Source: an uncultured virus (IMG/VR IMGVR_UViG_3300008107_000013) (Duplodnaviria; Heunggongvirae; Uroviricota; Caudoviricetes). Taken from it: a stretch of DNA of 64,000 nt. This document shows, piece by piece, positions 57,029 to 64,000 of this stretch. Where the stretch lies: IMG/VR virus record IMGVR_UViG_3300008107_000013; one strand, written 5' to 3'. A program made the position numbers and the translations under genes. The notes under the pieces are model-generated. The model was not told the DNA's origin. It saw only the letters and a program-made list of their open reading frames with translations, and ran no database searches. Position 1 is the stretch's first letter. Each line of letters begins with the position of its first letter.

Positions 57029-58001
57029 AATACACTACCTCAGCACCTCGGTCAGAAAAATTAAAATTATCAAACAACTCAAAATTACTTAGTTTAGAAA
57101 TAACTCGGTTTCGATATTTTGGCTTAACATAAAATAATAAGAACCCACCTCCACCAGCACCTAATATTTTACCACCTAGTGCTCCAGCTTTAATAGCCTC
57201 TTCGTATATATTATTAATACTTTCATTAGATATATTATCTGCTAGACTGCGTTTTAATTTCCAGCTTTCGTCTAATAGTTTACCAAAGTCGTCTAATTCA
57301 TTCTTAACAAGCATGGACTGTCCTAGGTAGGCGTATTCAACCATTCTATGCTGCGTTTTCCATTTTTCGTCTGTCTTCATACCTTCGGCATGCTTACTCA
57401 AAATGTCATTGGCTGTACGCTTAACGCCTGTATATACCATAATAAGATTGTCTCTTAGCTCTTTTAATGTGCTGCTAGCAATATTAATAGGTGTAACGTT
57501 AACGCTTTCGGTCTTATTAAACTCTATTAGGTTAAACCCACCAAATGAAGCTGCGTACTGATCTTGCTTACCCAGCGTATCCCCGCACATTACTCTTTCA
57601 ATATTAAACGCTGATTCTGCAAGCTCAAAACGGGTGTCACTTCCTCCCGTTGCGTGGTCTAGTGCTTTGCAAAGTGCTACGGTGTACGTTGAGGATGACC
57701 CAAGTCCGGTACCTTTAGTTGGTATTTCACAAAACGAAGATATTTCTATACCGGTTTGTATATCAAAATACTGTAATGTGTTTCTAGCTCTATCGTGATT
57801 TAATTCACTAATAATATCTACTTGTTCGACTCGCTCGTACGATACTTTAACTCCTCTATTTGGTGTTTTGTTGACAGCAAGGTACATATATTTGTCTATA
57901 GTGGTGCTTATAACTGCACCTTGTGAACTAGAATAAAATTCTGGAAGATCGCTACCACCACCTAAAAAACTAATGCGCAGAGGCGCTCGGGCAAGTATCA
58001 T
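57006..58001 (-). CDS. hddA: GHMP kinase, D-glycero-alpha-D-manno-heptose-7-phosphate kinase-like
   Basis: RAPLRISF.GGG.D, GTGLGSSS, GKQDQYA..FGGFN, GALGGK.LGAGGGGF. Confidence 0.88.
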   Translation of the reverse strand: MILARAPLRISFLGGGSDLPEFYSSSQGAVISTTIDKYMYLAVNKTPNRGVKVSYERVEQVDIISELNHDRARNTLQYFDIQTGIEISSFCEIPTKGTGLGSSSTYTVALCKALDHATGGSDTRFELAESAFNIERVMCGDTLGKQDQYAASFGGFNLIEFNKTESVNVTPINIASSTLKELRDNLIMVYTGVKRTANDILSKHAEGMKTDEKWKTQHRMVEYAYLGQSMLVKNELDDFGKLLDESWKLKRSLADNISNESINNIYEEAIKAGALGGKILGAGGGGFLLFYVKPKYRNRVISKLSNFELFDNFNFSDRGAEVVYYDNTTKF

Positions 58002-58999
58002 AGAGGATTATATGTAAATATCTGTGATTGTGTTTTCCTACTCTCAAGAGTAGGATATTTGTCTTTAAGGCCTGTAAGAAGATCCTCCCACTGCTTAACT
58101 ATTTTAACCCAAGAAAATCTACTATCAGCGTACGCTTTAGCAAAGTTTAAGTATTCCCGAGTATCATCTCTATCAACAATACCGATAGCGTGCTCAAGGG
58201 CACTATAAAAAATATTGCAGTGAGTATTAGGGTCATTATCTGATTGGTACATATAGGTCATGCCTCCGGCGGTATCTGGTAATCCTCCGTTATTAGAATG
58301 TACACAAAGTAGCTTGGCAGACATTGCTTCAATTAAACTTCTACTATTACATTCCATCCAAATAGATGGGTAAGCAAAGATATGTGCTTTTAGTAAGTGA
58401 TCTTTAACAACATCGTTAGGAGCAAACCCATGATATGTCATTTGAGGATGGTTGCGGATCTTCTCGTAAAGCGGTTCAAATTGTTTATCGGCGTCTGGCC
58501 ACCCATAGATTTTAAAGCTAGAAAAAACATCAAGGTGAATGTTTTTGTACTTCTCAGCAAGCTTTTCAAAAACTGGTACTAGTAGTGAAAGCCCTCTTTG
58601 GGGGGTGGATGTGTAGATAAGTCTTATCTTATCGTATTCTTTACTAACGCTTGGTAGAGGATCGATAGGTGTTTCTAAAACTATATGATCTTTAGATGGA
58701 GGAATACCTAAAAAATCTTTGTAGCGGTTGTACTGCCAGTTACCGCAAAATACTAACTTATGAAAACGACGCCTGCTATTTTCTTCTTTTAAGTGATTGG
58801 TTTCAGGGTCTTCTGGAAGATCGTGTAACCAATAAACTCTAATTTTATCTTCTTCAATTTTACGGATACGGGAGCATATAATTTGAAAATCATCTGCAAG
58901 ACCTTCTGGTAATCTTTCTGCTAATCCTCTTTTTACACTCTCCGTACCACCTTGACTATTTTTACTAATCTCATTTTCTTCAAACGCCATTTTTCTCAT
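57998..58999 (-). CDS. GT-B (GT4-like) glycosyltransferase
   Basis: GGTE, WLHD, LIYTSTP.RGL, IFAYPS.W.E....LIEAM (EX7E). Confidence 0.85.
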   Translation of the reverse strand: MRKMAFEENEISKNSQGGTESVKRGLAERLPEGLADDFQIICSRIRKIEEDKIRVYWLHDLPEDPETNHLKEENSRRRFHKLVFCGNWQYNRYKDFLGIPPSKDHIVLETPIDPLPSVSKEYDKIRLIYTSTPQRGLSLLVPVFEKLAEKYKNIHLDVFSSFKIYGWPDADKQFEPLYEKIRNHPQMTYHGFAPNDVVKDHLLKAHIFAYPSIWMECNSRSLIEAMSAKLLCVHSNNGGLPDTAGGMTYMYQSDNDPNTHCNIFYSALEHAIGIVDRDDTREYLNFAKAYADSRFSWVKIVKQWEDLLTGLKDKYPTLESRKTQSQIFTYNPL

Positions 59000-59975
59000 T
59001 CCATTTCATAGTATAGTAATCCCACGATGTTTTAATTATGCGATCAAGTTCACTACTTTCGTAAATGAATGTATAGATGTTCAAAAATCTGTTTGCATCA
59101 GCAACGAGATATTCTGGATCACCGATCCTTCTTTCTCCTTCAATGACATTTACTTTCTCCCCTGTGACTCGTTCAAACATACTTACAATATCTCGAATTG
59201 TATGACCTTTAGTGGTGCCAAGGTTGCAAGTATCGTACGGGTTAGTTCCGGGGGTGGATGATTCCTCAAAGTATTTTTGCATATGGACGTGTGCTTTGCA
59301 TACGTCTTTAACATGAATATAGTCTCTTACGCATGTACCATCTTTTGTATTGTAATCCGTACCGTTGATAGTGAATGGTGTTTTTGTTTTAGCTGCAAAG
59401 CAAAGTCTTTGAATAACATGACCTGACTCAAGATGATCGCCTACCTCTCCATAAGCACCTGCAACATTAAAGTATCTAAATGTAAAGAAGTTAATGTTGG
59501 GGTACTCCGCTGCCACTATACTAATAAAATCTTCGGCGAGTTTTTTACTTCTACCGTATGGATGTATAGGTTCAATAAAATCATGTTCGTTAACAGGAGA
59601 GGACTTAAGACTGTATACACCTGCTGATGATGAAAATATAAAATTACCTTTCCATCCTGTTGATATAAGTCCGTTAATTAGATTGATAGTTTCTGCAACG
59701 TTTGTTGAATAATATTTTGCTGGGTTGTTAAAACTATCCGGTACGCTTGCAATTGCTGCAAAATGATATACGGTGGTAGGCTTAAGAGCGGCAACCGCTG
59801 CAACTACTCCATCGCTTGCAAATGATCCTTTTACAAAGTTATCAACGTACGGATTTGAACCATCGACGATATCCACGCCGATAATTTTATCTCCCTTTTT
59901 ATGGCTCTCTTCTTTATAGTACTTGCAAAAAGCTTTCCCAATGTAGCCATTACAGCCTGTTACTAGTATGGGCAC
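58980..59975 (-). CDS. galE: UDP-glucose 4-epimerase
   Basis: ILVTG..GYIG, HFAA..SV.DS, FSSSA, PYG.SK, RYFNVAGA, DGTCVRDYIHV.D. Confidence 0.9.
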   Translation of the reverse strand: MPILVTGCNGYIGKAFCKYYKEESHKKGDKIIGVDIVDGSNPYVDNFVKGSFASDGVVAAVAALKPTTVYHFAAIASVPDSFNNPAKYYSTNVAETINLINGLISTGWKGNFIFSSSAGVYSLKSSPVNEHDFIEPIHPYGRSKKLAEDFISIVAAEYPNINFFTFRYFNVAGAYGEVGDHLESGHVIQRLCFAAKTKTPFTINGTDYNTKDGTCVRDYIHVKDVCKAHVHMQKYFEESSTPGTNPYDTCNLGTTKGHTIRDIVSMFERVTGEKVNVIEGERRIGDPEYLVADANRFLNIYTFIYESSELDRIIKTSWDYYTMKWNEKNGV

Positions 59976-60372
59976 TTATTCTTCTCCTTAGTTCTGAGGT
60001 ACTAAAACCATGTTCACGGTTGTTAAAATAAAGTTCTATATTATTATCTAGGCAGTATTGTTTAGCGGTAAAATCGCGCCCGTGATAATCAGCACCAATA
60101 AATCTGACGTTAGGTTTGACCGATCTTAATATTTCTTCTATTTCGGTTTCGTACACATATGGTACTATTTCATCTATGTATCTGCAAGAATTTAATTGTA
60201 CATAGCGCTCAAACATGCTTTGAACTGGTTTGTTTTTTTCCTGCCTCTCTATTGATGGATCTGCTTGTAATCCTACAATAAGATATTCACAATTCTGTTT
60301 GCATTCTCCAAACATTAAATTATGTCCGGCATGACATAAATCAAATGCGCCAAATGTAATGCCTGTTTTCAA
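59950..60372 (-). CDS. HxGH cytidylyl/nucleotidyltransferase (TagD/RfaE-like)
   Basis: TFGAFDL.HAGH, LIVGLQ.D, KP.QS..ER, G.DY, R.H.FST. Confidence 0.88.
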   Translation of the reverse strand: MKTGITFGAFDLCHAGHNLMFGECKQNCEYLIVGLQADPSIERQEKNKPVQSMFERYVQLNSCRYIDEIVPYVYETEIEEILRSVKPNVRFIGADYHGRDFTAKQYCLDNNIELYFNNREHGFSTSELRRRISAHTSNRL

Positions 60373-60635
60373 TCAATTGCTCCAAACTGGACTTCTTTAA
60401 TAGAATCATATCTAAATGAGCGCCACTCTTTTTTATCTAAATCCCATACGGCTAAAGTCTCATCGTTATGAGTTTTTACTCTATCAGTTTTCTTTTCATG
60501 AGGGGTAATAACGCCTTCACGTAGAGTACATTTCATCACTCGCTCGGTACCGTCTTTTTTTGTAAACGTTACTTTTGCATCCATCAATTTTAATTTATCG
60601 CCTAACCAGTCTTTATATCCGCTCATTGCAATCAT
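60369..60635 (-). CDS. SH3-like conserved T4-like protein
   Basis: VTFTKKDGTER.M.CTL..VWD...EWRSFR.DS. Confidence 0.75.
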   Translation of the reverse strand: MIAMSGYKDWLGDKLKLMDAKVTFTKKDGTERVMKCTLREGVITPHEKKTDRVKTHNDETLAVWDLDKKEWRSFRYDSIKEVQFGAID

Positions 60636-60647
60636 TTTATCTCCAAT

Positions 60648-60672
60648 AAAAAAGGGGACACTAAGTCCCCTT
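60648..60672 (-). terminator. Rho-independent terminator
   Basis: GGGGAC-TTAGT-GTCCCC followed by T6. Confidence 0.8.
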
Positions 60673-60693
60673 ATTGTACACTAAACTAGACTA

Positions 60694-60966
60694 TTAAACC
60701 AGTCCAGCTGCCATAGCGCGGTAGCCTGCTGCAACAACTGAGCGCTTGGGGGTACCAAGGCGATACTTGTTAACAACGCGACCTTTAGTGTCTACATGCT
60801 TGTTTAAGTAGATAGGGAGACCCTCTTCTAAACGGAGCATAGAGACTACTTTGCTTGGGGAACCAATACCAAATTGTGAGGCAATTTGCTTGGCCGACAG
60901 TTGCTTACCTTCAAAGAAGGCTTTAGTAAGTTTCTGTTTCTGTGACATCATAGTATTTCCTTTCAT
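60694..60966 (-). CDS. Small winged-HTH DNA-binding protein
   Basis: G..LSAKQI..FGI..P..VS.LR..G..IY.N..KYRLG.P; has its own promoter and terminator. Confidence 0.7.
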   Translation of the reverse strand: MKGNTMMSQKQKLTKAFFEGKQLSAKQIASQFGIGSPSKVVSMLRLEEGLPIYLNKHVDTKGRVVNKYRLGTPKRSVVAAGYRAMAAGLV

Positions 60967-60998
60967 AAGTTGAGTGGTTTATTTACTACCACCCTTTC

Positions 60999-61027
60999 AG
61001 TATAGTGGCCACTAATCAAAATATCAA
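60999..61027 (-). promoter_or_regulatory. Sigma70-type promoter
   Basis: TTGATA-17 nt-TATACT. Confidence 0.6.
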
Positions 61028-61191
61028 GTATTACTGTGTACCCTTTTGAAGGACGGTAAATTCATGTCTCTGACTAGAAATATCAGCAAGTATAAAACAT
61101 TTTTTAATACGTTTAGCTGCAGCTTGATCCTTCATGCCAAGTAATATCCGTTTATATACTCTGGACATTTTATAATTTTTATCTGTTAGTT

Positions 61192-61380
61192 TCATTTATT
61201 TTTCACCTGAAAGTAAGAGTCCTTAGCGTATTTTAGTACGCGCCCGTTTTGTCTAACTACAAAATAAAGTTTGCCCTCAATGACATCTTCATTGATAATA
61301 TCACAAATAACGATCTCATTTGATAGTCTGTTTTTTAAACAAACATTAGTAATAGTTTTAAATTGTTTTCTATTGTTCAT
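61192..61380 (-). CDS. Small hypothetical protein
   Basis: 62-aa ORF with an ATGA overlap to the upstream gene. Confidence 0.55.
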   Translation of the reverse strand: MNNRKQFKTITNVCLKNRLSNEIVICDIINEDVIEGKLYFVVRQNGRVLKYAKDSYFQVKNK

Positions 61381-61928
61381 GATCGGTTAAAGTGTAGACC
61401 AGCTTTTGTAACGTAATAGCTATCTATAATATCTGATACTGGGTTACTAGCTGACTTTGATAATTTTAAATGGTTTCTTACATCAAATCCAGTTTCCATT
61501 AGAAACGATTCTTCCATGGCCTGTTTGTTAGAGTTACCCTTGCCTGTTGCAGTCTTTTTTATTACAGTTGGAGGAATAGTAGTAAAAGGTAATCCTTTTC
61601 TCCATAATAAGTATTTTAGTATGCCGCAATTCTCTGCAATATTAAATACTCTCCCCGTCGACGCAAAAGAATAATCTTCTATAAAAACATATTGAGGCAT
61701 GTTGTCTGCTATCACCTGTATAATCCATTGAGATATGTGGTGATACCTTTCCTCATTGGTTTTATAGGGAGGTATTAAAGTACCGTATGTGGGGTGTTTA
61801 GAGCAGGCGAGCTTTTCTACAGACGTGAGATAGAAAAAAGAACAGAAGTCTAAACTAACTTCTGTACCTTCAAACAAGCAAATCGCCGGGCTTGTAAGTG
61901 ATAGATCAATCCCTAATATCTTCGTCAT
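61377..61928 (-). CDS. RuvC-like nuclease
   Basis: ILGIDLSLTSP, FIEDYS, IAEN.GILK, P..IKK.ATGKGN.NK, DI.DSY. Confidence 0.8.
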   Translation of the reverse strand: MTKILGIDLSLTSPAICLFEGTEVSLDFCSFFYLTSVEKLACSKHPTYGTLIPPYKTNEERYHHISQWIIQVIADNMPQYVFIEDYSFASTGRVFNIAENCGILKYLLWRKGLPFTTIPPTVIKKTATGKGNSNKQAMEESFLMETGFDVRNHLKLSKSASNPVSDIIDSYYVTKAGLHFNRS

Positions 61929-62061
61929 CTAAATCATCATCTTCTTCTTGCTCAATTTCTGTGCCGCAAAATGGGCAGAAACTAACTTGTGAACCTTTTT
62001 CTAATAAACTGTCAACAGTAAATTCTTCATCACAATCGTAACAAGTAATTGATGCTGTCAT
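61906..62061 (-). CDS. Small zinc-ribbon protein with acidic tail
   Basis: MTASITCYDC..FCPFCG..EEDDDLDDED; not in the ORF track. Confidence 0.7.
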   Translation of the reverse strand: MTASITCYDCDEEFTVDSLLEKGSQVSFCPFCGTEIEQEEDDDLDDEDIRD

Positions 62062-62489
62062 ACAATCTCCTGAAAGGTGTCTATACCAGCTTTATGTAGC
62101 AGATCTAGTCCTTTAGTATCTCTATAACTATTTTTCCAATAGACTGATTTGATACCAGCCTGTACGATCATTTTAGCGCACTCCACACACGGTGCATGCG
62201 TAAGAAACATGGTACTGTCTTGACCTGAGTTGCCCTGCCTGGCTAATTTACAAATTGCATTTGCCTCGGCATGAATAACTTCTGGTTTGGTCACTAACTG
62301 CGGACCATCCTCATTAAGTAATTCTTCTTCACAGTTATTATCCATTCCAGCGGGCATGCCGTTATAGCCGAAAGAAATAATATTTTGATCTTTGACTATA
62401 ACGGCTCCTACTTTCAAGCGCCTTGCATGGGAAAGGTTGGCCGAGCTTTCAGCTACGGTCATAAAAAAATTAACAAACTTCTGTTTCAT
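62058..62489 (-). CDS. cd: dCMP deaminase
   Basis: VGAVIV, GYNG.P.G, HAE.NAI, PC.EC. Confidence 0.92.
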   Translation of the reverse strand: MKQKFVNFFMTVAESSANLSHARRLKVGAVIVKDQNIISFGYNGMPAGMDNNCEEELLNEDGPQLVTKPEVIHAEANAICKLARQGNSGQDSTMFLTHAPCVECAKMIVQAGIKSVYWKNSYRDTKGLDLLHKAGIDTFQEIV

Positions 62490-62965
62490 TAATTACACCA
62501 GCTTTGTTTTGCCTCACCGTAATATTCTCTGGCAAAACCATTACGAATTAATTCCGCACGAAGACTTACACCATTCAAAATAATATCTCCCAATACACGA
62601 CCACCGAACTTATCCCATCCGTATAAGGTGACCTGATGTTTCTGAGTAGAGGTGACGGCCTGTTTTGTAAATGCTGATGCCATTTCTCCTCGTTGAGCCT
62701 CGCTTGGACATTGAGCGCGGTGTCCTTTTTCTGGGGTGTCAACTCCAAATATTCTGACCGCAAGTTCTGGCTTGAACGGCTTAGGAAGAAACGGCGCACT
62801 AATAACTATAGTGTCGCCGTCGTTTACCCTTAATATTTGAGCATCGTAAGTAACGCCCTGTGGCATCTTTTGGGCGTAGGTCGGAACAGTAACAGCAATA
62901 AGTAGTGCAATAAAGATATAAAGTTTCATTTTAGTCCTTACGTTTTGATTGTTTAAAGTAATCAC
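62489..62965 (-). CDS. Thermonuclease (SNase-like) with signal peptide
   Basis: V.DGDT, VRI.GVDTPE, DKFGGRVLG, LI..GFA. The likely true start is MKLYIFIALL (ATG 62929). Confidence 0.85.
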   Translation of the reverse strand: MITLNNQNVRTKMKLYIFIALLIAVTVPTYAQKMPQGVTYDAQILRVNDGDTIVISAPFLPKPFKPELAVRIFGVDTPEKGHRAQCPSEAQRGEMASAFTKQAVTSTQKHQVTLYGWDKFGGRVLGDIILNGVSLRAELIRNGFAREYYGEAKQSWCN

Positions 62966-63125
62966 ACCAACCTTCTGGAGAGATGGGCCCTGATACAGCT
63001 GAGCATGCGTTGGGAGGTCTCCACATTGTACACTCTGAGCATTTTTGATTCCCTTTAGGTTTATCCTGATATTTGGCTTCTAATTTAGAATCTTTTCCTT
63101 CAGTAAATTGTTGAAAGCTTTTCAT
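62931..63125 (-). CDS. High-potential iron-sulfur protein (HiPIP)-like
   Basis: YQD.P...QKCSEC..W....C..V.G.ISP.GWC: four Cys with HiPIP spacing. Confidence 0.75.
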   Translation of the reverse strand: MKSFQQFTEGKDSKLEAKYQDKPKGNQKCSECTMWRPPNACSAVSGPISPEGWCDYFKQSKRKD

Positions 63126-64000
63126 GCTGCTTTACCCCACACCTCACCCCAGTTACCTGACAATGCGCCTTTAGCATAATCAGTAGCTCTATTCTCAAAA
63201 AAGTTAGTATGAGTAGGAGCGTTGATCATCTCTTCAACCCAAGGTAGAGGGTTCTTTTTAACTTTAAAAATACCTTTCATGCCCATGGAGATAAGACGTC
63301 TGTCAGCAATGTAACGGATGTACGTTTTTACTTGCTCGGGTGTTAAATTTTCCATTGGTCCAATATCAAAAGCAAGGTCAATAAACTTGTCTTCTAGCTC
63401 AACCATTTTTTCAGCAATAACATATATCTTGGATTTTAAATTATCATTCCATATCTCATTATTTTCTTGAATGTAGGTCTTAAAAAGTTTAATCATGTTC
63501 TCTGTATGCATAGTTTCGTCTACGATAGACCAGGTAACTATTTGTCCCATACCTTTCATCTTTCCATGTCGAGGAAAGTTTAGTAGCATAATGAATGAAG
63601 AAAATAGTTGCATACCCTCGGTAAAAGCTGAAAACACGGCAATATGGGTTGCTGTATTTTCTTTAGTTGTATTCTGCCCAGATAGATCTAAAACGTACTC
63701 ATGCTTTTCTCTCATCTCTTGATACTCCATAAACTGGGAGTAAGTTACTTCTGGTAACCCAAGTGTCTCTATTAAGTGTGAGTAAGCAGCAATATGAAGC
63801 GCCTCTCTTGCGGCAAATCCCATAAGCATCATTCTAATTTCTGGCTGAGGGAAGTAAGGTAAGTAATTTTTAACGTATCCACCAGCTACGTCAATATCAC
63901 CTTGAGTAAAGAACCTAAAGATGTTTGTAAGGAATTGTTTTTCCGAAGGAGTTAATTTCTTTTTCCAATCCTTAACATCTTCCAGCATAGGTACTTCAGT
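63122..64000 (-). CDS. nrdB: Ribonucleotide reductase class Ia beta subunit; 5' end lies outside the window
   Basis: FRFFTQGD, EALH..AY, EGMQLFSSF, DE..H, YIADRRL, NFFE.R.T.Y. Confidence 0.96.
   Translation of the reverse strand, partial: TEVPMLEDVKDWKKKLTPSEKQFLTNIFRFFTQGDIDVAGGYVKNYLPYFPQPEIRMMLMGFAAREALHIAAYSHLIETLGLPEVTYSQFMEYQEMREKHEYVLDLSGQNTTKENTATHIAVFSAFTEGMQLFSSFIMLLNFPRHGKMKGMGQIVTWSIVDETMHTENMIKLFKTYIQENNEIWNDNLKSKIYVIAEKMVELEDKFIDLAFDIGPMENLTPEQVKTYIRYIADRRLISMGMKGIFKVKKNPLPWVEEMINAPTHTNFFENRATDYAKGALSGNWGEVWGKAA

Noticed and set aside
63122..64000. Intron or intein in nrdB
   Set aside because: The visible part is continuous and of normal length.

Overview
This is a 64-kb segment of an AT-rich, lytic T4-like myovirus genome, probably infecting a Gram-negative betaproteobacterium (inferred from the tmRNA tag ANDERFALAA and the ahpC-ahpD pair). 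All calls come from by-eye motif recognition; no searches were run. Positions 1-37.9 kb (minus strand) hold fibre and baseplate genes: three Lys-rich collagen-like fibre genes, a DUF4815/VrlC-like block, gp8, gp7, gp6, gp25, PAAR, gp5, a gp27-like hub, gp53 and gp48. Positions 37.9-44.5 kb (plus strand) hold gp4, gp2, a gp54-like gene, gp26, gp51 and two tape-measure-like genes. Positions 44.5-64 kb (minus strand) hold gp32, gp59, gp33, envelope genes, a tmRNA, three tRNAs, ahpCD, RNase H, a heptose/nucleotide-sugar cluster, nucleases, a HiPIP-like gene and nrdB. The main candidates for novelty are: (1) one three-domain enzyme (COLGALT-like GT25 + PLOD-type GT + lysyl hydroxylase) lying among Gly-X-Lys collagen fibre genes, a candidate animal-like collagen hydroxylation and glycosylation system in a phage; (2) a circularly permuted two-piece tmRNA gene behind a T4 late promoter; (3) a probable -1 frameshift joining gp26 to a gp51-like frame that lacks a usable start codon; (4) a GmhA/HddA/GalE/GT cluster; (5) a HiPIP carrying a capsid-targeting-like leader.
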